Below, one piece after another: positions 19,378-29,542 of a stretch of 64,000 bases of DNA (within the stretch, counting starts at the first letter, position 1; every line of letters starts with the position of its first letter). The position numbers and the translations under genes were made by a program. The DNA lies in NCBI GenBank assembly GCA_019057675.1, contig JAHLWX010000001.1:8797-72796 (forward strand), in the 5' to 3' direction. The stretch comes from Candidatus Jordarchaeum sp. LHC_1308 (GTDB lineage: Archaea; Asgardarchaeota; Jordiarchaeia; Jordiarchaeales; Freyrarchaeaceae). The notes under the pieces were generated by a model that searched no databases, was not told the DNA's origin, and saw only the letters and a list, made by a program, of their open reading frames with translations.

Positions 19378-20909
19378 GGGGACTGATCTTAAAAAACGGA
19401 ATGGTTTTTGACCCTCTTAACGGTGTTGAAGGAGAAAAAATGGATATCATGGTTAAAGATGGCGTTGTCGTTGAACAGGTCAACGAAAAGGAGTGCAAGG
19501 TTATAGACGCAAAAGGTAGGATTATAGTTCCAGGGGGAATAGACTGTAACACTCACATAGCATCTCAAACCCTGAACATTGCAAGGATGATAAATGTAAG
19601 TACGCCGTTACCAAAAGATGTTGGGGAATCATATCTGAAAGTAGGATACACGTTCATTGTTGAAGCAGGCTTCCCCTTTTCAAAGGCACTTCATACGCAC
19701 ATAGTGCTTGAAAGGGTACACTCATTAGACAAAGCAGCAATGCTACTCCTTGACTCAAATATGTTCATGATCATGCTCGCTCAAGAAAAAGACGTGGATG
19801 CAGCATCAAAGGCCATAGCGTGGCTTCTAGGGGTGTCTAGAGCTTACGGGGTCAAGCTCGTTAACCCTCTGAGCTCAGAAGCTTGGACATGGAAGAAAGA
19901 GTGGAAGGGTATTAATGAAAAAATAAGGCATTTGGATCTGAGCTCTCTAGAGTACTCTAAGTTCATCTTGTCAGCGATTCGGAGGCTTAACCTTCCGAGC
20001 CCGCTTTATTTACATCCCGATGGGGCAGGGCAGAATGGAGGTTATGAGAAGGCTGCCACAATGCTGGATAGGTTGGCGGATGAGGGAAGGATCCACTTAG
20101 TGAATGCTCACCTCTACGCTTTCGGAAGCGAAAAAGCACACGTTAAGGAGCTTGTGGATCTTCTGAGCTCCAGCGACAATTTGGAGGCTGATGCTGGCTG
20201 CACTATGCTTACTGAGGGCCCCATAGTTTCTCATGACGTATATTTCGTGAAAAGCGTTTTAAAAACGTTGAAGGTGCTGGAACAAATAGAGGTTGAAGGC
20301 ATATCGGCGCTAGCCATGAGGGAAGCGGGAACATGGAGAGAGTTTTTAGCAGCAATGACGTTAATATTAAATACTAGGGAGCGCATGAAGCTTCATTTGT
20401 CGTTAAACAATCCGAATTGCGGGTCGCCATTAGGATACCCGCTCGTGTCAGCGTGGCTGGTAAGTAGCAAGGCACGAGGCGCTATGAATATCGGAGAAGA
20501 GTTACTCAACATTGACGAAGAGTTAACTCTCCAAGACTTGTTCATCATAACTAGGAGCGCGCCAGCGGTGTCTTTGGGGTTAAATGGAAAAGGACGATTA
20601 TCAGTTGGTGCTGATGCAGACATAGCAATCTATGACTTCAATCCCGAGACTATGGATCCAAGTAGGGATTACGAGAAGCTGATGGCGGCTTTTTCAAGAG
20701 CCGTTTACACCATAAAGAACGGAGAAGTCATCGTTAAAGACGGGGAAGTAGTTGGTGAAACGAAGGGGAAAACGTTTTGGGTTAACTGTAAAAGTGAGCC
20801 TTCAACTGAAGCCCTCTCTAGGATGAAAAGATATCTTTCGTTTGACCCAAAACAGGGTGAAGACGCAGATAAGGCTCTGAAAGGAGTATATTGTGGCGTT
20901 GAGGTGTGA
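19374..20909 (+). CDS. fwdA: Formylmethanofuran dehydrogenase subunit A (amidohydrolase)
   Basis: LKNGMVFDPLNGVEGEKMDIMVKDG, GGIDCNTHIA, HLYAFGSE, LGLNGKGRLSVGADADIAIYDFNP. Confidence 0.92.
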   Translation: MRGLILKNGMVFDPLNGVEGEKMDIMVKDGVVVEQVNEKECKVIDAKGRIIVPGGIDCNTHIASQTLNIARMINVSTPLPKDVGESYLKVGYTFIVEAGFPFSKALHTHIVLERVHSLDKAAMLLLDSNMFMIMLAQEKDVDAASKAIAWLLGVSRAYGVKLVNPLSSEAWTWKKEWKGINEKIRHLDLSSLEYSKFILSAIRRLNLPSPLYLHPDGAGQNGGYEKAATMLDRLADEGRIHLVNAHLYAFGSEKAHVKELVDLLSSSDNLEADAGCTMLTEGPIVSHDVYFVKSVLKTLKVLEQIEVEGISALAMREAGTWREFLAAMTLILNTRERMKLHLSLNNPNCGSPLGYPLVSAWLVSSKARGAMNIGEELLNIDEELTLQDLFIITRSAPAVSLGLNGKGRLSVGADADIAIYDFNPETMDPSRDYEKLMAAFSRAVYTIKNGEVIVKDGEVVGETKGKTFWVNCKSEPSTEALSRMKRYLSFDPKQGEDADKALKGVYCGVEV

Positions 20910-20912
20910 ACG

Positions 20913-21383
20913 ATGTCCAAGCTTAATGCCTACCAAGTTTATAAAATGCTACCGGGAATCAACTGTCAAAAATGCGGAGAGCCCAACTGCATGGTTTTCG
21001 CCGTGAAACTCCTGAAGGGCGAGAAGCGGCCTGAGGACTGCTCACCGCTGGTCGAGGATGAAAAATACAAGGATAAACTTCAACAATTGAAAGAAATATT
21101 TTCCCCCAAGGATGCTGTGGCCGAAACAGGACTTGTGATTCACTTCGAAAAGTGTACTGGTTGCGGCAACTGCGTCGTGGGGTGTCCTGCTATAGCAGCA
21201 GAGTGCCCTCTCATAGGGAGCGGGAAAGGTGAAGTAAAAGACAATGTGGTCTTTAGAGTGGAGAACGGGAAAATAAAAGTGATTGATCTTACAAAATGTA
21301 GAAGATATGGTCCAATAAAGACTTGTCGAGTATGCGAAATGTACTGTTTCAGTGGCGCCATAGAGTTAAGAGCAGTAGCCTGA
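20913..21383 (+). CDS. Iron-sulfur protein: CdhE/ACS-gamma-type 4Fe-4S domain plus ferredoxin domain, FwdG-like
   Basis: LPGINCQKCGEPNCMVFAVKLLKGEKRPEDCSPL + CTGCGNCVVGCP + CRRYGPIKTCRVCEMYCF. Confidence 0.8.
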   Translation: MSKLNAYQVYKMLPGINCQKCGEPNCMVFAVKLLKGEKRPEDCSPLVEDEKYKDKLQQLKEIFSPKDAVAETGLVIHFEKCTGCGNCVVGCPAIAAECPLIGSGKGEVKDNVVFRVENGKIKVIDLTKCRRYGPIKTCRVCEMYCFSGAIELRAVA

Positions 21384-21426
21384 AAGCTAGAGGAACCTCA
21401 ACTAACTAGGTGAGGGGGAGAATGGT

Positions 21427-22722
21427 TTGAGGTTTAAAACGGTCTGCACCGGTTGTAGTCTCCTCTGTGACGACGTCTTAGTTGACTTGGAAGGAGAAAG
21501 GATGGTTTCCACGTTCAATCTTTGTGGTCACGGTGAGGAGAAGTTTCTGAGGACGCATAGTGCTGAAAGGCTTCTTAAACCATTTATAAGAGGCTTGAAT
21601 GGCGAGAAAGAAGTTTCTTTTAGTGAAGCTACCGATAAGGCGGCGGATATTTTACTAGAGGCTGAGAGGCCTGTCCTTTGGGGCTGGGGGACTTCCTCTA
21701 TTGAGGCACAAATGGCGGGAATAGAACTGGCACGTGAAATCAAGGGAGTGATCGACAGTACTGGATCCATATGTCACGGGATTACGTGGCATGCTGCCTC
21801 AGAAAGCGGGTTACCTACAGCTACCTTAGGCGAGGTGATGAACAGGGCTGATGTCGTTGTTTATTGGGGCAGTGACCCGGGTCATTCGCATCCTCGCCAC
21901 ATTAGCCGTTATAGCGTTCTTCCCAGAGGTATTTATACGCAGAGCGGCTATGAACAAAGACGGGTTTACGTGTTCGACATAAGAAGGACAAGAATAGGAA
22001 AAATTGCTAATGTTTTAATTGAGGTGGAACCAAACAAGGATTATGAACTAATAACAGCCATGCGGCTTCTTTTGAGGGGAAAAAAACTGCAATTTGATAG
22101 TGTTGCGGGCGTTTCAATTAAGACTCTTGAGAAGGTAGTTCAAGAATGGAAGGAAAGGGACTTCGGCGTAGTGTTTTACGGCATGGGGCTGCTAGCCAGC
22201 CGGGGCAAATATCGGAACCTAGAAGTGCTTCTCAAGTTGGTGTGGGAGATAAATGAGTATACGCGCTTCGTAGCACTACCGATGGCTGGGCACTTCAACA
22301 CCATTGGGTTTAACCACATCGCAACGTGGCTTACAGGATATCCTTTTGGCGTAGATTTCAGTAAAGGTGTTCCCTACTCTAACCCCGGGGAAACGACGTT
22401 CGTTGAAATGCTTCAAAGAGACGAGGTCGATGCTGCACTCGTAATAGGATCTAACCCCATATCGAGCTTTCCAGCTAGATTGGCAAGAAAGCTCACCCAG
22501 ATCCCTCTAATAGTCGTTGACTGCTTCAAGACGCTCACGGTGAAGCATGCCACAGTAGCGATCCCAGCCGCTATAACGGGGGTAGAGGCGGGAGGCGTAG
22601 CTTACAGGATGGATTCTGTCCCAATAATTTTGAGGGAGTTTCTTAGCCCGCCGGAAAACGTTCTCAGTGACGTAGGGGTCATTCAGAGTATAGTTGAAAG
22701 TGTAAGGAGAAGGAAAACTTAA
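21427..22722 (+). CDS. fwdB: Formylmethanofuran dehydrogenase subunit B
   Basis: CTGCSLLCDDVLV, WGWGTSSIEAQMAGIELA, VVVYWGSDPGHSHPRH, DVDAALVIGSNP. Confidence 0.92.
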   Translation: MRFKTVCTGCSLLCDDVLVDLEGERMVSTFNLCGHGEEKFLRTHSAERLLKPFIRGLNGEKEVSFSEATDKAADILLEAERPVLWGWGTSSIEAQMAGIELAREIKGVIDSTGSICHGITWHAASESGLPTATLGEVMNRADVVVYWGSDPGHSHPRHISRYSVLPRGIYTQSGYEQRRVYVFDIRRTRIGKIANVLIEVEPNKDYELITAMRLLLRGKKLQFDSVAGVSIKTLEKVVQEWKERDFGVVFYGMGLLASRGKYRNLEVLLKLVWEINEYTRFVALPMAGHFNTIGFNHIATWLTGYPFGVDFSKGVPYSNPGETTFVEMLQRDEVDAALVIGSNPISSFPARLARKLTQIPLIVVDCFKTLTVKHATVAIPAAITGVEAGGVAYRMDSVPIILREFLSPPENVLSDVGVIQSIVESVRRRKT

Positions 22723-23273
22723 GGCGGAACTACTAGAAACTTTACCGCTAAGAAGGGGTTAAGGACTAAACTTTTTCTCAAGATGCGCATGCCAGAATAT
22801 GGATAGAATAGGGTTAATGCGCCTACTTTTTTCCCGTAAAGTTCTATGAGTAGCTTTGATATGCGTCTTGCTTCTCTGGCTTGTGATGCGAAGAGGCGAG
22901 ATGCCAACGCCATGTAAGGTTTAAGCATTAGGAAGTTGCCAAAGATGAGGATGAATGTCGTCATAGTAGCTAGTAAGGAAGAGAGAGGTAAACTTAAAGA
23001 GGGAGGGAGGAGCGGGTATGCGAAGGTAAGGAGGAAAACTGCGAAAGTTAAGAGTAAAAGTAGGCGGAATGGTGGGCTACGCCTGTAGAAGCGTTGCACC
23101 TCATTTAGCCCCTTAAGAAGTGCTTTGAGTTCATTGCTGTCCACATGTTGCCGCAGGAAAAGGTATGCTTGGCGAGTTTGCAGGATGCTGTAGAGGAGTG
23201 GAGGTTTAAGCGATGCAAAGGCGTCTAGTTCCTCGATGACACGCCTCACTAGGTTGATATCATCTTTACTCAT
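22719..23273 (-). CDS. Predicted two-TM membrane protein
   Basis: Hydrophobic segments LLLLTFAVFLLTFAYPLL and LLATMTTFILIFGNFLML. Confidence 0.6.
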   Translation of the reverse strand: MSKDDINLVRRVIEELDAFASLKPPLLYSILQTRQAYLFLRQHVDSNELKALLKGLNEVQRFYRRSPPFRLLLLLTFAVFLLTFAYPLLPPSLSLPLSSLLATMTTFILIFGNFLMLKPYMALASRLFASQAREARRISKLLIELYGKKVGALTLFYPYSGMRILRKSLVLNPFLAVKFLVVPP

Positions 23274-23305
23274 ATGGCCTCACGTACAACAAGAGCTAAA
23301 GGGGC

Positions 23306-23827
23306 CTATTTCTCCGAGAAAAGCGCTATGTATTCTTGAGCCAGCTTCCGATATGTTTCTATTCCCGCTTTTACTGCTTCAACAGTCTCTGGGGGAAGAG
23401 TTTTCTTGAGTTGAGCTGGCGCGCCCACTATGAGGCTGTTCTCGGGAAACTCCTTTCCCTCCGTGACTATGGATCCAGCACCAACTATTGATCCTGAACC
23501 TATCTTTGCTCTGTTAAGTATAATGCTTCCCATGCCTATCACCGTGTTGCTTCCCACAATGCAGCCATGCAGAACTGAATTATGGCCCACTACAACGTCG
23601 TCGCCGATCCGGCAAGGGTTACCGGGGTCTGCATGAATAGTTACGTTATCCTGGATGTTTGTTCTCTCTCCGATTTCTATGAGTTCGAGGTCGCCACGTA
23701 TAACGGCGCCAAACCATATGCTTGCGTCCCTTGCTACTTTAACGTTACCAATTATTGTAGCGTTTGGAGCTATAAAAACGGACGTGTGAAGCTGAGGCGA
23801 TTTACCCCTGAAGGCATAAACTGGCAT
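23306..23827 (-). CDS. Gamma-carbonic anhydrase-like hexapeptide repeat protein
   Basis: IAPNATIIGNVKVARDASIWFGAVIRGD...RTNIQDNVTIHAD...GHNSVLHGC. Confidence 0.88.
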   Translation of the reverse strand: MPVYAFRGKSPQLHTSVFIAPNATIIGNVKVARDASIWFGAVIRGDLELIEIGERTNIQDNVTIHADPGNPCRIGDDVVVGHNSVLHGCIVGSNTVIGMGSIILNRAKIGSGSIVGAGSIVTEGKEFPENSLIVGAPAQLKKTLPPETVEAVKAGIETYRKLAQEYIALFSEK

Positions 23828-23843
23828 TATGAGGCCTCCATGA

Positions 23844-24698
23844 TTAGAACGATTTTCCAGTCTTCGTTTTATCTTTTTTAAGGTATTCTCCTATGGGAAG
23901 GAGTGTGGAGCCTTTATCTTCGAGATAGGTTATGAGACTGTAGAGGAGGGAGACGTTCTCCTGGACTTGCTGAGGCGAGAGCTTTAAGTTAGATGAAATC
24001 CTGTATGCGAGGTGCCACGTGTGGGTCGATATCACCAGTAAGCCACCATCATCGTTCGCTAAGTATACGTCGAGTATTTGCTTAAATTCATCTATGCTTC
24101 TTTTTCCCTCATGTAGGGTCCAAGTGTAGAGCGACGCCTTTCTTTCTCCTAGGGGATATAGGGGGAGAGGAATCTCGTACACCTTGCACCCTAAAGGGTA
24201 TGGGTGAGGGGGTTTAAATGACTCCAAGTAAATGGAAGAGTCGTACCTGTAATTTAGAGTTCTTAGTATTTCGCCTAGGTTGGGTGTGGTGGACAGGTAT
24301 GGTGCCCTGAAGCCTGTCGGCTTTGATCTCGTAATTTTCGATATTATCTCCGTGGCTTTCTTTATTAGTGCCAGCTGTCGAGGTGGAGATATTGAAATCC
24401 CAGTGTATTTTCCAGCGAGGTCTTCGTGATCCAGCCCGTGACATCCTATTTCGTTTCTCGTAATGATGCTGACTAGTGCTTCTTCCTGAGCATTTATGTG
24501 CTGAAGCGCTCTGGCTTCGATAAAAAAGGTCGCCTTTATCCCTGTTTCCTCCAGTATGCTGGAAAGCGCCTTTAACCCTTTGATCGTACATGTGAAGCTA
24601 GGTTTGCACTCAGGAGAATAACTTGCGGCCTTTAGCGCCCCGCTTACTGGGACTGGATAGTCGCGATCTAGGTCTATTGTAAGGGCGACGTAAGGCAT
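23844..24698 (-). CDS. Polysaccharide deacetylase (NodB-like)
   Basis: ALTIDLDRDY, ATFFIEARAL, EIGCHGLDHED, GFRAPY. Confidence 0.85.
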   Translation of the reverse strand: MPYVALTIDLDRDYPVPVSGALKAASYSPECKPSFTCTIKGLKALSSILEETGIKATFFIEARALQHINAQEEALVSIITRNEIGCHGLDHEDLAGKYTGISISPPRQLALIKKATEIISKITRSKPTGFRAPYLSTTPNLGEILRTLNYRYDSSIYLESFKPPHPYPLGCKVYEIPLPLYPLGERKASLYTWTLHEGKRSIDEFKQILDVYLANDDGGLLVISTHTWHLAYRISSNLKLSPQQVQENVSLLYSLITYLEDKGSTLLPIGEYLKKDKTKTGKSF

Positions 24699-24843
24699 TG
24701 TTCGCGCTCCTAAAAGTTCCTGTTCACGAGACGAATAGTTGGAATCTTTAAAAATCCTTGCGGTATCTGGAACGATACTTTTTTAGTAAAACACTCATCG
24801 TTATTAAACGAATGTTTCCTAACTGCATTTAGGAGGTTTAATC

Positions 24844-25698
24844 ATGGTTGCTAGAATTATTGATGGACGTAGTGTTGCAGCTGAAGTCAGGAAGCAAGCA
24901 GCTGAGGAGGCCAAGTTACTTTGGGAGGAGCATGGCGTACGTCCGGGATTAGCTGCTATTTTAGTGGGTAATGACCCTGCTTCGGAGGTTTACGTTGGAT
25001 TAAAGCAAAAGGCCTGTGAGGAGGCGGCTTTCACTTTCAGAAGGATAACGCTACCAGAGGAAGCGAGCGAAGAGGAGGTAATGGAGCAAATTCATAAGCT
25101 TAATACTGATGAACATATTCATGGTGTGATGGTTCAACTTCCACTACCGCCTCATTTAAATGAGAACAAAATAATAGACACGCTTTCCCCTGAGAAGGAT
25201 GTAGACGGACTCCACCCAGTTAACATGGGACGCCTCTTGCTGGGCGATGAAGGGATTACTCCATGCACACCTACGGGAATAATCACCCTCCTTGAAAGGG
25301 AGGGGGTCGCCCTTCGAGGGAAGCACGTTGTAATAGTCAATAGAAGCAAGATCGTTGGCCGGCCACTAATGGTTATGATGATTAATAGGGACGCCACGGT
25401 TACCGTATGTCACTCTAAAACAGTCAACCTTGCAGGGCACACTAGAGCCGCGGACATCTTGGTTGTTGCCGTAGGAAAGCCAAGGTTCATTACGGAGGAT
25501 ATGGTGAGGGAGGGAGCTGTCGTAGTTGATGTGGGGATTAATAGGGTTGAGGGGAGAATAGTGGGGGATGTAGATTTCGACATGGTAAAGGAGAAGGCTG
25601 CCGCCATAACGCCTGTTCCCGGCGGTGTGGGTCCTATGACCGTGGCGATGCTCTTGATGAACGTGCTTAAAGCTGCTAAACGCAGCGTAGAGAAATAA
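24844..25698 (+). CDS. folD: Methylenetetrahydrofolate dehydrogenase / methenyltetrahydrofolate cyclohydrolase
   Basis: VGNDPASEVYVGLKQKACEE, VQLPLPPHLNE, PCTPTGIITLLE, DVGINRVEG, PVPGGVGPMTVAMLL. Confidence 0.96.
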   Translation: MVARIIDGRSVAAEVRKQAAEEAKLLWEEHGVRPGLAAILVGNDPASEVYVGLKQKACEEAAFTFRRITLPEEASEEEVMEQIHKLNTDEHIHGVMVQLPLPPHLNENKIIDTLSPEKDVDGLHPVNMGRLLLGDEGITPCTPTGIITLLEREGVALRGKHVVIVNRSKIVGRPLMVMMINRDATVTVCHSKTVNLAGHTRAADILVVAVGKPRFITEDMVREGAVVVDVGINRVEGRIVGDVDFDMVKEKAAAITPVPGGVGPMTVAMLLMNVLKAAKRSVEK

Positions 25699-25711
25699 GG
25701 AGGAGGTAGGT

Positions 25712-27247
25712 ATGAAGGTTAAGCGCGCGTTGATAAGCGTCTGGAACAAGAAGGGCATAATTGAGTTAGCTAAAGCCCTTCATGAAATGGGTGTCGAGAT
25801 AATCGCAACAGAGGGAACTGCTAAAACGCTTGAGGGGATACCTGTTAGGAGGATATCAGAGTTGACAGGATTTGCTGAGGCGCTAGAGGGTAGAGTTAAG
25901 ACCTTGCACCCCTACATTTACAGCGCTATTCTGGCAAGAAACAGAGATGAAGATTTGAGACAACTCGAAAAGATGGGAGTTGATCCGATAGACCTCGTCG
26001 TAGTTAACCTTTACCCCTTTACGGAGGTGGCAGCGAAAAACGAGAAGCTAGACGTACTCGTGGAGAACATAGATATTGGAGGGGTAAGCTTGGTCAGGGC
26101 TGCCGCGAAAAACTTTGAAAGAGTTGCCGTTGTGGTTGACCCAAGGGATTACAGTTTAATTCTTGAGGAGCTGAAGAATTATGGAGAAGTACGGGAAGAG
26201 ACCAAGAGAATGCTTGCAGTAAAGGCATTTTCATATACTTCAGGGTATGATGACGCCATAACTCAGTCCCTCTCTAGTAGGCTCTTAGGAAGAAAGGAAA
26301 TGCCTGAGGTATTTACTTTAAGGTTCGTTAAAGTGCAGGACTTAAGGTATGGCGAGAACCCACACCAGAAAGCTGCCCTCTACAGGGAGATTGCCCCAAT
26401 GGTTAGCGGAGCAATAGTTGATGCTGTTCAGCTCCAAGGCAAGGAGCTTTCATTTAACAATATTCTCGACCTTAACGCAGCGGTTGAAATAGTGAGAGAG
26501 TTCTCGAAGCCTATGGCGGTTGTAATTAAACACACGAACCCATGCGGGGCAGCAATAGGAGAAACGATGCATGATGCTTATGTGAAGGCCAGAGAAAGCG
26601 ATCCGGTATCAGCGTATGGAAGCATAGTAGGTTTAAGCGGAGAAGTGGATCTTGAAACGGCAAAGGAGGTCACGTCAACATTTGTCGAGGCAGTCATTGC
26701 GCCCAGTTACACTGAAAGTGCTTTGGAGGAGCTTAAAAAGAAGGAAAGCTTAAGAGTGCTTGCGCTTTCCAACCTTGAGAGGCGGAAGGCAAGTATCGAC
26801 TTTAGAAGAGTAGTCGGTGGGCTACTAGTCCAAAGTGAAGACTTGACAGAGGAGGACTTTCCAGATTTCAAAGTGGTTACTGCTAGGGAACCAACAGAAA
26901 GAGAAATTCAATCAGCCTTGTTTGGATGGAAAATAGTCAAACATGTGAAGTCAAATGCGATAGTTGTCGCTAACGGGGAATGGGTCGTAGGCGTAGGAGC
27001 GGGGCAAATGAGCAGGGTGGACTCGGCAAAGATCGCCCTAGAGAAAGCGGGAGGCAGGGCTAAGGGAGGAGCGCTTGCATCGGATGGATTCATTCCCTTC
27101 AGGGATACCGTTGACGCTGCCGCCGAGGCTGGGATAACATGCATAATACAGCCTGGTGGCTCTAAAAGAGACGAAGAGGTTATAGAGGCAGCAAACGAGC
27201 ACGGTATGGCCATGATACACACGGGAATAAGGCACTTCAAGCACTAA
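25712..27247 (+). CDS. purH: AICAR transformylase / IMP cyclohydrolase
   Basis: RALISVWNKKGIIELAKAL, GRVKTLHPYIYSAIL, KHTNPCGAA, GAGQMSRVDSAKIA. Confidence 0.96.
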   Translation: MKVKRALISVWNKKGIIELAKALHEMGVEIIATEGTAKTLEGIPVRRISELTGFAEALEGRVKTLHPYIYSAILARNRDEDLRQLEKMGVDPIDLVVVNLYPFTEVAAKNEKLDVLVENIDIGGVSLVRAAAKNFERVAVVVDPRDYSLILEELKNYGEVREETKRMLAVKAFSYTSGYDDAITQSLSSRLLGRKEMPEVFTLRFVKVQDLRYGENPHQKAALYREIAPMVSGAIVDAVQLQGKELSFNNILDLNAAVEIVREFSKPMAVVIKHTNPCGAAIGETMHDAYVKARESDPVSAYGSIVGLSGEVDLETAKEVTSTFVEAVIAPSYTESALEELKKKESLRVLALSNLERRKASIDFRRVVGGLLVQSEDLTEEDFPDFKVVTAREPTEREIQSALFGWKIVKHVKSNAIVVANGEWVVGVGAGQMSRVDSAKIALEKAGGRAKGGALASDGFIPFRDTVDAAAEAGITCIIQPGGSKRDEEVIEAANEHGMAMIHTGIRHFKH

Positions 27248-27269
27248 GCAGGATAAGGGAGGGGGGAAC

Positions 27270-28445
27270 TTGCCTGCACCACTGGAGGGGGTCACCGTCA
27301 TAGATTTAACAAGACTTCTCCCCGGTCCTTTTTGCTCGATGTTTTTAGGGGATTTGGGTGCAGATGTGATAAAAATCGAGCCGGTAGGATTAGGCGATTG
27401 GACTAGATGGTTTCCACCATCAATTAATGGTGAAAGTGCCATCTTTATGGCTGTCAACAGAAACAAGAGAAGTGTAACTTTAAATTTAAGGAGCGATGAT
27501 GGACTTGAAATATTCTATAGGCTCATCAAGAAAAGCGATGTAGTCCTTGAAGGGTTTAGGCCAGGCGTGGCTAGGAAGCTTAAAATAGACTATGAAACAG
27601 TAAGGAGGATTAACCCACGGATAGTATACTGCTCCATTTCAGGCTTTGGTCAGAGTGGGCCTTACACTGAGAGAAGTGGACACGATGTCAATTACGTAGG
27701 GATAGGAGGTATACTCGGCTTAACAGGGGTGAAAGATAGCACTCCCGTTATTCCCGGGGTACCAATAGCTGACCTAGCAGGTGGTATGGCTGGAGTTATC
27801 GGCGTGCTAGCAGCTCTTTTAGCTAGAGAAAAAACTGGCATAGGTCAGTACGTTGACGTCGCAATGTTGGACGTCGTCGTTTCTTGGCTTTCAATTTACG
27901 CGGGCATTTACTTAATTGGAGGAGTTACCACCAGTAGAGGGAGCAACATCCTAGCGGGAGGTATAGGTAGCTATGGTGTCTTCGAAACAAAGGATGGAAA
28001 ATATATTACACTGGGGATACTGGAGGAGCACTTCTGGAGGAATTTCTGTAAAGCTGTTGGACGACCTAGCCTTGAAAAGTATCATTATCTTTCACTTGAA
28101 AAAGGAGACGAACTACATGAAATCATTCAGGAAATAATTAAAGGTAGGACGCTTGAAGAATGGCTTAAGGTCTTTGAAGAGAAAGATGTACCATGCGGAC
28201 CGGTTAACAGTCTGCAGGAAGTATTTTCCGACCCACAGGTTGTGCATCGAGAAATGGTGACTGAAGTGGAGCATCCAAAAGCGGGAAAAATTAAACAAGT
28301 AGGTTTTCCCTTAAAGTTTTCTGAGAAGTGGCGTGTAATCAGACGCCACCCACCCACTTTGGGAGAGCACACTGTGGAAGTTCTGAGAGAGGTAGGGTAT
28401 AGCGACGAAGAAATAGAGAACTTTAGGAGGAAGGGAGTTATCTGA
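27270..28445 (+). CDS. CoA-transferase family III (CaiB/BaiF)
   Basis: GVTVIDLTRLLPGPFCSMFLGDLGADVIKIE, NRNKRSVTLNLRS, SISGFGQSGPYTERSGHD. Confidence 0.92.
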   Translation: MPAPLEGVTVIDLTRLLPGPFCSMFLGDLGADVIKIEPVGLGDWTRWFPPSINGESAIFMAVNRNKRSVTLNLRSDDGLEIFYRLIKKSDVVLEGFRPGVARKLKIDYETVRRINPRIVYCSISGFGQSGPYTERSGHDVNYVGIGGILGLTGVKDSTPVIPGVPIADLAGGMAGVIGVLAALLAREKTGIGQYVDVAMLDVVVSWLSIYAGIYLIGGVTTSRGSNILAGGIGSYGVFETKDGKYITLGILEEHFWRNFCKAVGRPSLEKYHYLSLEKGDELHEIIQEIIKGRTLEEWLKVFEEKDVPCGPVNSLQEVFSDPQVVHREMVTEVEHPKAGKIKQVGFPLKFSEKWRVIRRHPPTLGEHTVEVLREVGYSDEEIENFRRKGVI

Positions 28446-28468
28446 AACTGCTGATTGGGTGATATATC

Positions 28469-29452
28469 GTGAGTGTTAAGTCTAAAGAGGCGCTTATTCC
28501 ATTGGCTGTCGCATCAGTTTTAAAGAAGCAAAAATATCAGCTTGTTGGTAGACACTCTGCAGTTAAACGCTGTCATTGGTTTTATAGAGCGTTAACAGGT
28601 AGAGGATACTGTTACAAGCAGAAGTGGTATAATATTAAGTCGCATAGATGCCTTCAAATGACGCCTTGCGCTATTTTTTGCACTAATCGTTGTCTTTCAT
28701 GTTGGCGCTTAGAGCCGGGGGATTTAGGATTCGAATGGGATCAGATGGCTATACTGAAGGAGGATGTAGATGAGCCAGAGGAAATTGTCGATGAATGCAT
28801 AAAGGCGCAGCGAAGAATACTCACAGGGTTTAACCCTGTGCATCACCCATTAGTTAGTGAAAAGATGTGGAGGGAGGCGCTTGAACCTAAGCATGCTGCG
28901 ATAAGCTTAGCGGGCGAGCCCACTCTTTATTCTAAGCTGGGAGACCTCATAGAGACCTTTCACAAGAGAGGAATGACCACTTTCCTTGTGACAAACGGCG
29001 CTGTCCCCGAAAGGCTTGCGGAGATAGAGGAACCAACCCAGCTTTACCTTACACTGTATGCTCCATCCGAGGGGGTCTATAAGCAAGTCTGCAGACCTCT
29101 TCTAAAAGATGCTTGGAACAGAGTCATTGAAAGCCTAGCCCTGCTGAAAAGTTTTAGCTGTCCGACCGTAGTGAGGCTCACCTTAGTTAAAGGGTTAAAC
29201 TTTATGGAGCCAGAGGGATACGCTAAGCTCATAGAGTTGGCTGAGCCCACTTACGTAGAGTGTAAGAGTTATGTGTCGGTGGGAATGTCCCTTAGAAGGG
29301 GGTTACGTAACGGGAACATGTTGAAAGTTGATGAGCTAAGACCGTTTGCAGAGAAGATAGGAGAAAAATTAGGGTATAACATTATAGGGGAGTCTGTTTC
29401 GAGTAGAGTTATCTTGTTAAGCAGGCTTAGCAAACCGATAAAAGTTGCTTAA
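28469..29452 (+). CDS. taw1: Wybutosine biosynthesis radical SAM protein (Taw1/TYW1 family)
   Basis: KKQKYQLVGRHSAVKRCHW, IKSHRCLQMTP, CTNRCLSCWR, KSYVSVGMSLRRG; starts GTG/alternative codon. Confidence 0.9.
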   Translation: MSVKSKEALIPLAVASVLKKQKYQLVGRHSAVKRCHWFYRALTGRGYCYKQKWYNIKSHRCLQMTPCAIFCTNRCLSCWRLEPGDLGFEWDQMAILKEDVDEPEEIVDECIKAQRRILTGFNPVHHPLVSEKMWREALEPKHAAISLAGEPTLYSKLGDLIETFHKRGMTTFLVTNGAVPERLAEIEEPTQLYLTLYAPSEGVYKQVCRPLLKDAWNRVIESLALLKSFSCPTVVRLTLVKGLNFMEPEGYAKLIELAEPTYVECKSYVSVGMSLRRGLRNGNMLKVDELRPFAEKIGEKLGYNIIGESVSSRVILLSRLSKPIKVA

Positions 29453-29542
29453 ACGCAAGTTTCCGAGTGGTGAAAGACATAACCTTTAAACGCCCTAAGC
29501 ATTTCGGTATGCTGAAGAAGAGACGTTGCCAGGTGGCTCTTT

